Shown in pieces: positions 25,601 to 37,581 of a stretch of DNA of 64,000 nucleotides. A program made the translations under genes and the position numbers. Position 1 is the first letter of the stretch. The number at the start of each line of letters is the position of its first letter. Below the pieces are notes generated by a model, which was given only the letters and a program-made list of their open reading frames with translations, was not told where the DNA came from and ran no database searches. Origin of the DNA: Tricharina praecox (lineage: Eukaryota); NCBI RefSeq assembly GCF_024521635.1, contig NW_026250409.1:496001-560000 (forward strand). The letters run 5' to 3'.

Positions 25601-26868
25601 TTATCGGAAGCTCTTTCTCTGTTGGCCCAAGTGCCCAAGGGACGAATCTCCAGGGCTAGATGAGGCTTTGAGTTCGAGGTCCACAGGCATAGCAAAGGAC
25701 GCAGGGATAATAGGGCTCATGGGTGCTGTCATCCCAACCAGCCCCAGTCCCAGTACGGGCGAATCGGATGGGCCAGAGGGCGATACGGGAGGGGGGCCCT
25801 GAGAGTCCGAAGGTATGGAGACTTTTGGATGGCCATCCAGCTGAGAGAAGAATGGGCGGAGCGCCTCTAACGGAGGTGGTCCAGTAACACTCTTGCCGTT
25901 ATCCACTAGGCTGCGATCCTCCGGGAGTGTTTCCATATACGGGGTCTTGTTGAACAGTTCGTCTATATACACCGGCAAAAATATAACTGCAATGCAAGAG
26001 ATCTGGGACAGGCTCAGACGCGTGAGCTGGGACCAGTTGGACTCCTTTGTGGCCAAGCTTTTGAAACTATGCGTTGACACATTCTTGAATGCCCTCCTGT
26101 AAACCCGTGTTTGGTTGAGTACTTGCTCGAAAGCGAAGGGAAACAACGATGATCCGCGGACGCTGATCAGGGACGGAGCTGTTCGGACCGTTCTTTGAAC
26201 GCTCGTGAATGCCGACCGGATGGTAGACGCATCAGATGAATCTTGCGATTGCCGGGACCCAGGGAGCACACGGGCCGCAAGAGCCGGGTTGCAGTCGAGT
26301 ATGGTTTCCATGAGCTTTGACAACTGGGTTATGCCACGACGGGCGTCCCGATTCGACCGACTACGAAGAAATCAACATCCCCCGTCGCAAAAGAAGAAAC
26401 AAAGCGAGACAGGGCACTCGGGCATGCCTCTCCTACGTACCAGTTGAAGATGGTCAGGAAAATATTAAGGGAAGACTTGTACTGCTCAAGACTTCCCAAG
26501 ATCCATCGGAGATCGCCCTCTTTGGCCGCCCATACCGCACGGTTCCAAAACGTCATGCCGGACCTGCGGTCCCTCCACACGCCTTCGAGTGCCTCCTCGA
26601 GCTCCGAGAACGCACATACGCAGCCGGTCAGTGTGTTGACGATCTGGTTGAGGTAGAGCATCGACTTCCGATATCCCTTGCCGGATGTTTCGAATTCCGC
26701 GATGAAATCGTCCAGCTGGTGGAATATCATGGTGAACGCGGTAAGCTGGCCGAGGGCATTGCGGGCAAGGTTTGGGGCATCGCTCATGGTGGAGAGGAAG
26801 CCAACGATCTTGACCGAAACTTGGAGAAGTCCAGTGATTGACGATGCCACGGAGAGACCGTCCATCAT
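25601..26868 (-). CDS. Fungal STAND N-terminal (HeLo-like/SesA-type) domain protein without NACHT. Exons 26868-26441, 26360-25601; a possible frameshifted continuation runs to 25134
   Basis: N-terminal MDGLSVASSITGLLQVSVKIV helix, LTGCVCAFSELE, and WNRAVWAAKEGDL...LEQYKSSLNIFL. A second conserved-looking block reads FEQVLNQTRVYRR...WSQLTRLSLSQISCIAVIFLP. Intron 26440-26361 is GTACGT...TAG. Confidence 0.75.
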
Positions 26869-27114
26869 TGAAGTTGTCGACGCGATGAAGCGCGGAATGA
26901 TTGATCGATTGCACTGCGGGCATTCCCTCTCTAGGCAGTGAGGCCTAGCAGAATTCCTCGGCTTTGTCCGCCTGAGGCTCTGAGGGCTGCTGTGTGTACA
27001 TACGTGTATGCGTAATGCCGAATCGGTTTCGAGCACGGCCTCGGAACTGAGACCAATCGCCAGTTCTTTGGCTGTCAGCTCGGGAGTTAAATTTTCTGCT
27101 AGGCCCATCACGCA

Positions 27115-27219
27115 GTCTGGTTGGCTCAGTTGGTAGAGCGTCGGTCTCATATTCTTCAGTATGACTCCCACCCAGTGGCAGCAATCCGAAGATCGCGAGT
27201 TCGATCCTCGCACCGGACA
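27115..27219 (+). tRNA. tRNA-Met (CAT), elongator type, with a 32-nt intron (27152-27183)
   Basis: Acceptor stem GTCTGGT/ACCGGAC, D arm GCTC-AGTTGGTA-GAGC, anticodon arm TCGGT-CT-CAT-A/A-TCCGA with the U31:U39 pair of elongator Met, T arm GCGAG-TTCGATC-CTCGC, and a T5 terminator at ~27225. Confidence 0.96.
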
Positions 27220-28187
27220 CAATCTTTTTGCGCGGCCTTCCCGGGGTGACGTGCATTGATTTTCGTTTTCAGCCTCCATTTCCACTTATAATGGTCCCTA
27301 AGCCAAGGTCCTATGGGACACAGCGGAAACGGCGGGCATGACAGATGCACGAGCGGTGAGATTTCGCCGACCTGGCTAGACCAGATTTGGTGAAGTTAAA
27401 CGTTCAGAGTGCACTTGCTCATTTTGCCGGCGGGTCTGTCTGTCTGTTCATCGTCTGTCTGTTTCATCGTTCTATCATCTGTTCGTTGTCGGGGTTTTCA
27501 TCAGTATGCTTTTCGTTGTTATTTGTCCTGACCTCGTCATTCAACTCGCGAGGTTCTATGATCTCCTAAATAACACAGGCGGTCTATTCTCTCTACTTAT
27601 CGATTCCTCTCTCGTGAAATACAATCGGTTCTCTCTCTCTATCTCTTATCAAAGTTGCCAAAGGGTCTCCCCGGTCCTAATGCTTCACTAACAATGTAGG
27701 CGGAAATCTCTTATGGATTTCGATGAAGGGGTCATCGTCTCTTTGAATTGTGGTCAGTTATCTACATGCACCAGTCCAGTCCGTCGGGGCCCATAGACGG
27801 GACTGGACTACATACATCCAGTCCGCCTGGAGGTGTGTGCTAGACGGCCTAGGTAGTCCACTGGTGAGAGGCCCACGGATGAGTGATCAATTCGGAAAAC
27901 AGCAGCAGGACAGGATACTTCAAAGAAAACGTAAAGTAGCGATACTAATACAAGGTGATGAACTGATGAACTCATGAGGACTGATGAAGAGACTGGTGAA
28001 GTCTCATGATGAGACCAAGAACAACGACAGGCAGACAGAAGTATTGACAATAGAGACAGATAAACGATGGATGACCGCATCGGATCTGGATCAGGTCCCA
28101 CCAAGTCTCAATAAGGTCTTCTCTCTCCGGCGCTCGCCAACGGTCCCAAGCCGCCTCTGCCTCCGCGCCCCCTCACTGGGTACGGTC

Positions 28188-28325
28188 CAGTGTTCTCCAT
28201 CATCCGGTCCGGACGGCTAAAATGCCGGACGGTCCGAGCCTGGTACGGACGGTTGCAAAATTTGTCCGTTGGGTCCAAGTCTGAGACGGACGGGTCGGTC
28301 CCCGTCCAACGATGGAGGACGACCG
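28188..28325. mobile_element. Degenerate MITE-like remnant with hAT-like ends
   Basis: Imperfect terminal inverted repeats CAGTGTTCTCCATCAT and ACGATGGAGGACGACCG enclose many GGACGG/CGGTCC subterminal motifs. Confidence 0.35.
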
Positions 28326-31300
28326 TCTCTAAGTCACGTGAATATGATTCGGCTGATTGATGATTTCTGAGCACCTATATCCTACGCACCAGCGTGGAAG
28401 TTTGTAGAGAATACTACACTGTAGTAGCAATGAGAGACCAGAAACCAGAAGTTCTCTCCGTGAATTCCCAGAACCCGTCCGGCTTACTTCAGGCTCTCGG
28501 GGGGAGACGACTGGGCTGGTACATAGATATGTATTTTTACCGCGGCCATCTCGAAGCCCAACCCGAACTAGGGGGTTTTTCTTCTACGGTCCAGCGGGAT
28601 AAGGAGTATTCGGCGGACCCGGGAGGCCGAATCGACATGACACAGAAATACACGCTGCCGCGGCCTGCGTGAAGCGAGTACCTACACACATCAGATACGT
28701 ACCTACAGGTACTCCGAGTACATACCTAGGCCGCACTCCACTTCCCCGGATATCCACTGGAGCGGCAGAAACAACAAAACCATAAAACCATAAATGCACA
28801 GCCAGCGGGCTTGTCGCTTCGATCAAGGCTACCTACTATGCTATTAGTTAGCGCTTTAACTGGGCTTTGACGAATCGACGGTCCATCGAGGCGGAAAGAA
28901 GACCGTTACTGTAGTATAGTGCAGTAGACTAATCTCCCTTTCGATCTGTGCAGCACCACGTTGTCGAGGGTTGTGATGGTACTCTACATAAAAAAGGTGG
29001 TGTGTTGTTGGTCATAAGGGGGTGGGGGCGGGGGCGGGGGGGGGGGGGGTGGTTGGTTGATGCTTCTCACTCAACACATTTGTCTCATGCCATCCAGCAA
29101 CGCCATGGCCAATGAGTGGCCGGTGAGGAAGTATAGGCGAGGGAGCTGGGGAGGCAGCTGAGGAGAAAAGCAACAGAGAAGGCCAAGCTGTTGATAACCC
29201 GCCGGCTCGGATCTGGGAAATGCAATATATCGTTCGGGCCTAACAGACCATGAGTGACGGTTGATGCCGCACCGACGGCCGGCGGGCGTATGCACACATC
29301 GGGCCATTTTGATCGGACGGAAAAGAAAAGAAAAGAAAAGAAGAAAAAAACGAGTAGTGAATGAACGGAGGCGTTTGTTGGCGCGCTTACAGCGGCCAAT
29401 ATTCAATACCGGGGGGTGGTACAAGTGCATATGTGCATAACTCCCATAGGTAGTTGCAAGCCCATACATATCATATGCGTAATTACCCAGCAGTAGTTAC
29501 CAACCATCGCCACGAAGATCCCGCACCCAATCTCCCGGAGCACCCACCTGAGCGGAAGGAGAATTTATCGCCTCTCCGCCGATTCCGCCTGCAAGGAGCA
29601 TAGTGCGGGCGCAGCATACCGGCAGATATGTACCGCCTTCGGCAAACAATCTCCTCCAGAGTTCAGACGAACGGGATCCTCAGTGACGATATTGCGCCGT
29701 GCGGACAGCTTAGGTAGGTAGAGTATGTATATAGGTAGGCGGTCCGGCTCGAAGAGGCGCCACTAATCATCGTGCCGCCCATAATCATCGTACATAGCCG
29801 ATGCAAGCTACGATCAAGTCAGAGACAACTAATAACTAGGTACATATATGGAACTGCCGCTCGCCTCGCAGTTGAATATGATATCTACATAACTGGATCA
29901 TATGTAGTCGCTCCGCTCGCTCATACGATAACTAGTACCATGGTGACTGATGGGCGCTTCCCCTTTCTACATACCATCCACCATTAACTACCTAGGCCTA
30001 ACCATGTATGTAGATCCCGCAAAGAGTTTCCAGCGGATTCGAGGCGCGGAAGCCAGCTCCGAACCACGGGCTAGGTCGATTCGACGGCGGCATGCACGCA
30101 GGATAACGCGGAAGGGAGATGCATCGGCGGCAGTTAGTTGGATACATACCAACTGGCGGGAGGGAGAATGGAATAATTGGGGAAAGTGCCCTACCTAGGT
30201 ATATGGTTGTAGCTGTCTTGAATCGGATCGAGTGGAGTAGGTACCAAGTAGACACATAACAGGAGGAGCCACGGGAACGGGAACACGTGTCTACTAGTAA
30301 TATGCAACGAGATTAGCCCCACGGCTGTTGGTTACAATATATCTACCACGCGGCTGCAGAGTGTGCACCACGCGGCACACACAGCCTGACTCCCAGCCTC
30401 CCATCCCCCTGGAGTACAGAGCGACTTCACAACATCTCACTCTCACTGTGATTCTTTCCGCCACGAGCCAGCGTGCGCAATCCTCCCCCGACGGCGGATA
30501 GGACTTCCCTAACCCCCGAAGCAGGTGCATAAGTGCAGAGGTAGACAAGCACCCACCTTTGATTCCGCGCACCGACACACTGGCACTGGCACTGGCACTA
30601 ACACTCCCGAACCGCCAGTGCCGGCTATTATCCCCGCACAAATACTACGTGGAAGCTTCGGACCTTCGGTTTCCCTCCGCATTTGGAACATGCATGTCCG
30701 GAGGAGGCCGCCGAGCGGAATAAGAAAATACGTTTCTAGCTCGATGGGGAAGAACTCGGAACCCTGAAGTTGCGGGGCGGGAGGTAGGTACGAAGGTAGG
30801 TATCTACGAAAGGTATCTACACAGGTATGTATCTACACAGGTATCTAGAGTACATAGAGACTCCACAGGCCACCAGGCAAGCAAGCGAGTCGTTATCGAC
30901 GTACCTATGATACGTACGTACGGTCGGTCGGCGATAGGTACCGTAGGTAGTTCGTGCATGCGTTGGCGCGCTTCAGCCTTCAGGCGGTACCGGGTTCGCT
31001 TGGGGTGCATATAGCATAGCTGCGGTAGTTACCCCAGATATCTACGTACGAGCTCATTTGTCGGAATAGCGAGCTGTCCGAACCTGGAGCTCGAGTCAGA
31101 TCGATAACGACGATCTCGAGAGCGTATGTGCCCGACGGGAATATTTACTCTACATGTACGATATCTACCTGCTTGATGGCCGTAGCTACATAGCTGGCCA
31201 GCCCTATCTATATTGTATAGTCGGCGATTCCAACAGTGCAATGCAGTCAAGTACCGCGGGGGGGCTCTCCCGTGACTCGTCCCATGCCTTATTTGCCCCA

Positions 31301-32809
31301 GAGTATGCAGTGAACGCCGATGTTGTAGCTTTAGAGTAGCTACCGTTGGCTGGGTCCGAGCTGCGGGGTCGCGGTTTCATCCCCCACGAGCTGGTGTCTC
31401 GTCGGTTTCGACATTCCAGCGGTCGGCGAAGCGGTCGGATAAGGAAGAAGGACGAGACGAAACGAGACGAGACGATATAGTTAACTGCAACTGTAACTGT
31501 AATTGCAACCCGCTGTCTTGGGTATGCATATCCGTCCGATCCGTCATGTGTGTGTGTGTGGGGGGGGGTAGGCGGGGGTGATGGCGGGACCCAACGACAC
31601 AACACAACACATGCGGCGAAGAGCGGACGCCGGACGGCTACTGCCTACGGCGCGTGTATAGTATCGGTATCGGTATGATAGCCGTGAATGTCGACAGTCG
31701 TACTCGGCGATTGATTTATGTGCATATAAGCAGCAGCTGACACACGAGTCCGTTACTCTAGTTACTGCCGGACTGGACAGGACTGGACAGGACTGGAAGT
31801 AGTAGCAGCAGCACAGTTACAGTTCCTGCGCCGCCGCCGCCGTTGTCGTCGTCGTGGTACGCGTACAGGGCTACAAGGCGGAGCACACACACTGCGGACA
31901 CCGAGTTAAAACCCAACTACAGGGGGCGAGCAAGCGCGAAACGCCTGATACCGTACCGGTATCATGTATCAGGCGATGTCCGCGAGGCCCCTCCCCGCTC
32001 TTCGTCCTCCTCCAGCTACAGCTCCAGCTACAAAACCTCCCGCTGTAACCCTCAAACCGCCTGAGCTTGAGCTTAAGCCTCCCCCGTCCGCGCACGTACC
32101 CCCCGAGATCTCATGATGTCGGCCTGCACCGACATACAAATAGGAAGGAAACAGTGTGCATCTATGCACGCATGTCGGGATTCATAGGAATCGCACGAGG
32201 ATACCGGTAGTTACCGGTATTCTGGGCAAAAGTGTTGTGATCGTGGGAGCATCTACGAGGAAGCATTGACGAGGAAGGAAGGCAGGAAGGAAGGGAAGCT
32301 CCACCTATATACAGCCCGGTGAAGACTAAACGCACGTCCTTGAGGTATGTAGAATCCAGATAATTATCAGCAGCACCACGGTCTACGGGTATGCATAGGT
32401 ACTTAGGTAGATCCTCGGCCGCGCCCATATACACATATGACATATCTGGGCGCTCCCACTGCCCCTAGTTAGCTGAGTGGATTCCGCGGCCGATTGTCGT
32501 GACTCACAGAAACAATGTGGAAATATAGAAAGTTGAATGTGCGCAAGCTGGCTGGCCCGAGATGGCCTGCGCATGCAGTATTGCAGTGTTTCACCGAGAA
32601 CGGAATGAGTTCGTTAGTTATACCTTATGCATCCATCTGATCCATCTGCGGTGCATCTGCGTCGATACATCTCAATCCGGCCGGCAGACTACTATTGTAA
32701 GCACCTAGATATGGACTACACATACACGTGAAGACGCCCGCCGGCGCTGGAACTGGAACTGGAACTAGACAGATGTCAGAAAATCCCCGGCGGCGCCGGT
32801 GGCGGCCTC

Positions 32810-32900
32810 GGATCGATCACAAGTAAACAGTAAACAGTAAACACCGCGGCGTAGGCCATGGATCGATCACAAGTAAACAGTCAACACCGCGGCGTAAACC
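32810..32900. repeat. Tandem duplication (~50 bp period) containing GTAAACA repeats
   Basis: GGATCGATCACAAGTAAACAG...ACACCGCGGCGTA occurs twice. Confidence 0.85.
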
Positions 32901-34217
32901 GTGGATTTTTATACTCACATACATATCAGCATCAATCACCAGTGAAATCTCCAGAGTCACCACCTCGGTCCATTCCATTTCCAATCACTCACGTGTGAAT
33001 TCTCAAATTCCGAACAAGCAAGTAAGTAAGCAAAGGTAACCATCATTCAAGTCCACTCCTCCCTGTGCGCATAACGATATAGATAGAGTACACCCATTAT
33101 TCCACGGTGGAAAAACAAACAAGAAAAAGCATCCATCCATTTCCCCAACCGACCCCCCATTCCGCCCATCCCCCACCGACCCGCCGCCCCCCCCCCCCCC
33201 CCCCCCCACCATCATCATCACCACCCAGCCCAACCATCATCCCCACCCAAAAACATGAAAGAAAACAAAAGAAAACAAAAGTGAAGAAGGAAAAAAAAAA
33301 ACAAGCCCGATGCCAGCCAGCCCAGTCAAATGCTACATATGATACTACCAAGTTAAGAACCTACTCCAGAGAGGACCGAAAGAAAACGAAAAAAAGAAAG
33401 GAAAAGGGAAAGAAAAAAATAATAGATGATTCCAAATCGCCGCCCAGCCCCCCAGCCCAGCCCAGCCCACCCCAACACAACTAAGAATTGAGAAATGACA
33501 CAAAAAAAAACAAATGTCGGACAATTGTCCTGCTGTCGAGAGCACGAGAAATCTTACGGAAAAAGTTTAAATAAGAATAACAATTAAGCAAGTCCCGGAA
33601 AAAAGTGTCAAAAGATCAAAGCAACCACCTCTTTAGTACTGCGCCTGCCGTTGTGACAAAGGAAACGGTTTTTGGTGACAAAGAACGAAACAAAAAAAAC
33701 AAAAACAAAAAAAGAGACAAACAAACAAACAGAAATGAAAACCCAAGAGACAAGGGAAAAGGGAAAAGGTTGATTTTGCAAGATCGAAATTGTGGCTGTG
33801 AACAAGCATAGCGAGGCGACAGCGACAGTGATAGTGGGGCGAGTGGGTGGGTAGGTGGGTGCATTGTGTTCTGTGGAATGCAAGAAGGAAATCTAGAAGC
33901 AGGTTTCCAGCTGCTGCCCTGGCGGGCCCGGTAAAGTCCGGAGACCCCGCGCCGTGGGATGGATTGATGGTTGGATGGATGGAAATGCAGGCAGTTATCG
34001 AAACTTTCGTGCTTGTGACGAGGGCATACATGTAAAGTGGATCCCTCCAAATAAATAAGGACACGAATATATGGCACGGAAAGGATGCTCCCCCGGCACC
34101 GTGTTCGGAAGAGTGAACAAGGGACTTGCCGGAGGAGGAGTAGGAGGAGCTTATTCACTGGGTTGTCCTGCAGAGGAACCCCCCCTAATGGTGATTTCGC
34201 GGAATAGCATGAGTCGA

Positions 34218-36516
34218 TTAGATGTAATGTACAAACTCTGCTTCCTCCGGGCAGACTCCATGCAGACTGTCCGGACCGACCTCGACAACACCGGGAATTG
34301 CGGCGGCGGGGTATGAAAGGCCCTTCTCGAGACGCCCTTCAACGGCATAGCCTGCACCGGTGACTGAGGCTGCTCGTTGCTTGATGAATTGGAACGAATT
34401 GTGAGCTGAGCTGGAGGGAGTTATGATCTCGTGTACTTCCAGCGGGGTGATGGTGTCGGTGTCGGAACAGAGAGTGACACATGTCGTCTGGGAGTCCGCT
34501 CTCGACCTAGTTCCACTGAACGACTTTGTGTGCTCCGAGATTGAAGACCGGCGCTTGGGAAACGTGGGCAGTGAGAATGATGTAGTGGGGTAGTAGCACT
34601 CCGCGTTCAGCGCCGCGATGTGTTCGTCGAGTTGCTTCGCCACACGGCAGAGCTCCTCGCGGTAGGGGCGTCCGGGAACCAGTTCGGGCAACGATGGAGA
34701 CAAGCTGACGGATCGATGGCGCATTGAGATGCTGCTGTTGCGCGACAGCAACGACTCATCGTTGCTGTGGGTGCTCTCAAAACCGCTGTCCCTTGCTCGT
34801 TGCGAACCGGCGAACCCGAACGAACTAGGCGCGAACCGAGGGCTAGGTGGGAGGAGCAATCGGTCCTCAAAGATCCCCGTGATCCTCCGCTCGACCACGA
34901 GCTCCTCCTTGGGCTCTTCCGGAATTCCGTGGAGCTCAGTGGGAACGATGGTGGGTTCCATCACTGGCAGAGGAGACCGCGGGCGGGGCGATAGTGGTTG
35001 GATGATCTCCAGCTCTTCGTCCAAGTCGCCAAGGTCAACTTCCACGTTGCTCGCCTCCTTCTGCCAATCGAAATCGCAATCTTCTTCCGCTTCGTTTTCG
35101 TAGCACCAGTCGATATCCTGTTCCCAGGAGTCGATGGCTGCGTTATCCGCAGTGAAGCCTCCATGCAACCTCAGATGCGTCGAAAGCCTTTGCGAAATGC
35201 GTCGCGGACGCATGGAGCCGTGTCCGACCGTAGGACTCGCGGGAACGTGAAAGCTGCCACTCAGAGTATCGGAAGCGTGACTCAGTTGCGACATCGGACG
35301 CGGCCGTACGCTCAGATACATCTGAGGCATGTATACGACGTCGTCCTCCTCCCCGTAGTTCGATTCCATCAAGTCGGGTGTCGATTGCGTTTCCCGGATC
35401 GCAGGCACGTCCGAGTGTGACTCGGAGTAGTTTTCCAGGTCGAAATCCAACGAGTTGTCGGCCCCAGTCGAATTTCGTCCAAAGCTGATGTCATCGGGTG
35501 CGATACCCTCATCGAAATCGTCGGCGTTGCTATTTCTTTGGGATGATGACGACGACGCCGGAAACTCTTCGTCGGGATGCTCAGCGATTCTGAGGCAGAG
35601 TCGCGACGACCGAAGAGGAGGCGTTACCGTCGTAGGCTCCGGCGAGGTCGACGTGGACGTGGACGTGGACGTGGACGTGGGCTCTACATGTAGAGGCTCT
35701 GGGCGAGAGAGCGACTTGGTCGAATTGGAGCGGGAGCGACTCTGCGATCGGTACGTTTCGAAAGTGGCCACGGAATCGTTCCTGAGGTGAGTGGGCATAT
35801 AGGTCTGGGCCGTTCCTGGGCGCGATTGGGACTCGCGGTGTAGGGCTCTGTTCCATTCCTCTCCCAACTCTTGTCCGTGGCGTAGTCGCGAGGCATCCAG
35901 AGGATTGACCTGCGTGATGTGGGTGAAGTTGTAAGGGCCGCTGATGGACTGTTTTGCGTGGGTGACGGAAATCTTTGGCCGCGCTAATTCGAACGTCAGC
36001 AAACCGCACCACGCACCCGCTGGGAATGAGATTTTTCCCCGTACTGAGATTGATCTGCTGCGGTGTAGGAGCCCAAGGGCTAGCTCTGAACAGTGTTTCG
36101 GACAATCGCGACTTTGACTTTCCATCGTGGGCGCTGTCGGGGACAGAGTTGGTCGAGAACGAGGCGATTGAGGCCAGGCTGCTCTTGGATGACATCTTTC
36201 GCAGGATTCTCCGTCGCGAGTATATGGAATTGTTGGTATCGTCGGTCCCTTCGGTGAAGGTCCGCGCCGACGGACTCCGCGGGTCGGCAAGGTGCTCGTC
36301 CACTGGGATATCCAAACTCCTCCGTCTCCCGGTGTTGAAGAACGAGACCCTCATTCGCGACTGCTTGCGGTCCCGCGATGGGCGTTCCTGGTCTCTAGAT
36401 GGCGGTGGCTTATCAGAACAGCCCGCGTACATGTAGTCCATATCGTCCGTCCCTGTGCATTCTTCCGAGCTGTGTTCGCGCGACGAGTTGCGCCTGGTCT
36501 TATTTAATAGAAACAT
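34218..36516 (-). CDS. CRIB/PBD-motif protein (putative Cdc42/Rac effector), largely disordered. Exons 36516-36045, 35983-34218
   Basis: Intron 36044-35984 (GTACGG...CTGAC...TAG) joins the ORFs in frame. CRIB-like ISGPYNFTHITQV and an acidic block SWEQDIDWCYENEAEEDCDFDW are present. The 5' end is uncertain. Confidence 0.78.
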
Positions 36517-37550
36517 GTCTGCTGTTGTGAAAGTCCTGCTTCTCGAAGCCGAGGCGCAATGATTCTGTGTGGTCACGCTTCGCGTCGATATATGGCGGGG
36601 GGGCCGTTAAAGGTTATGGATGGGACCAGCAACCGAGTATGGGGCGACACAAGCGGACGGATGCTAGTCGGTATGAATATATTGAGGTTCTCGATCGCAG
36701 GGTTTATGGATTTCCCGTTTATAGAAGGGGGTGGGGAGGAGTTGGCCGGTTTTTTTCTTTCTGTTTGCACCAGTAACTTGGTAAGCGCACTGCAGAGCCA
36801 CGACCCATGGTTTCGGTAGAAGAGGGGGGGGGGGGAGGGTATTTGGAGGAGATGATTTGCAATTTTAGTGAGGTGCAAGGGCCACTGAACAAGCTGACGC
36901 AGGAACAGTGTAACGCAAAAAACCCGCTGGCCTTGCAGAGGCAGTAAAGAGCGGTTTTTGATTGGGAAGGAGGAGGATGAGGACGAGGACGAGGACAGCC
37001 GACTTGGGAAACCGGGGAGAACAGGCACAGCTCCCACCGGAAACCTGGCCAGCTAAAACGGGAAACGGATTGGATGGTGAGACGAACAACAATGGATTGA
37101 CTCTAGATTGGCAGAGCGTTACGTGTGAGATTCGAAGGTAATATGGGCTGATAGTGAGGTGCCGATTCAACGGACGGATTCGACGGTTGCACACACACGG
37201 CTGGCCAAGGGCTCGAGAGAAGGTAGTGGTGGTGGTGGGACGGAACTCGCAACGAACGCCGCCGGTTAAGGTCTGCAGGTGACGATGGTGACGGCTGTAG
37301 CAGTGGTCGATCGAGGAGGGCGAGTGGATATACGGAAGGAGTATGCGAGTATGTGGTTGTGGTTGTGGGTTGTGGTGATGGTGATGGTGATGGTTATGGT
37401 GATGGTTGCGGTGGTTGCGATGCGAGTGAGCGAGTGTACTGGGCGTTGGGGCCAAAAGACAATGGAACGAGACGGTGGGAAAACGAAGGTATGTATGTAT
37501 GTGGGTCAGTAAAGCGAGTGGCCTGGTCTCGGTATGTATGTGTGTATGTA

Positions 37551-37581
<31 letters not shown>

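Noticed and set aside
26869..27285. N-terminal extension of ORF 26329..27285
   Set aside because: It runs antisense through the tRNA gene. Recognisable protein starts at MMDGLSVA (26868).
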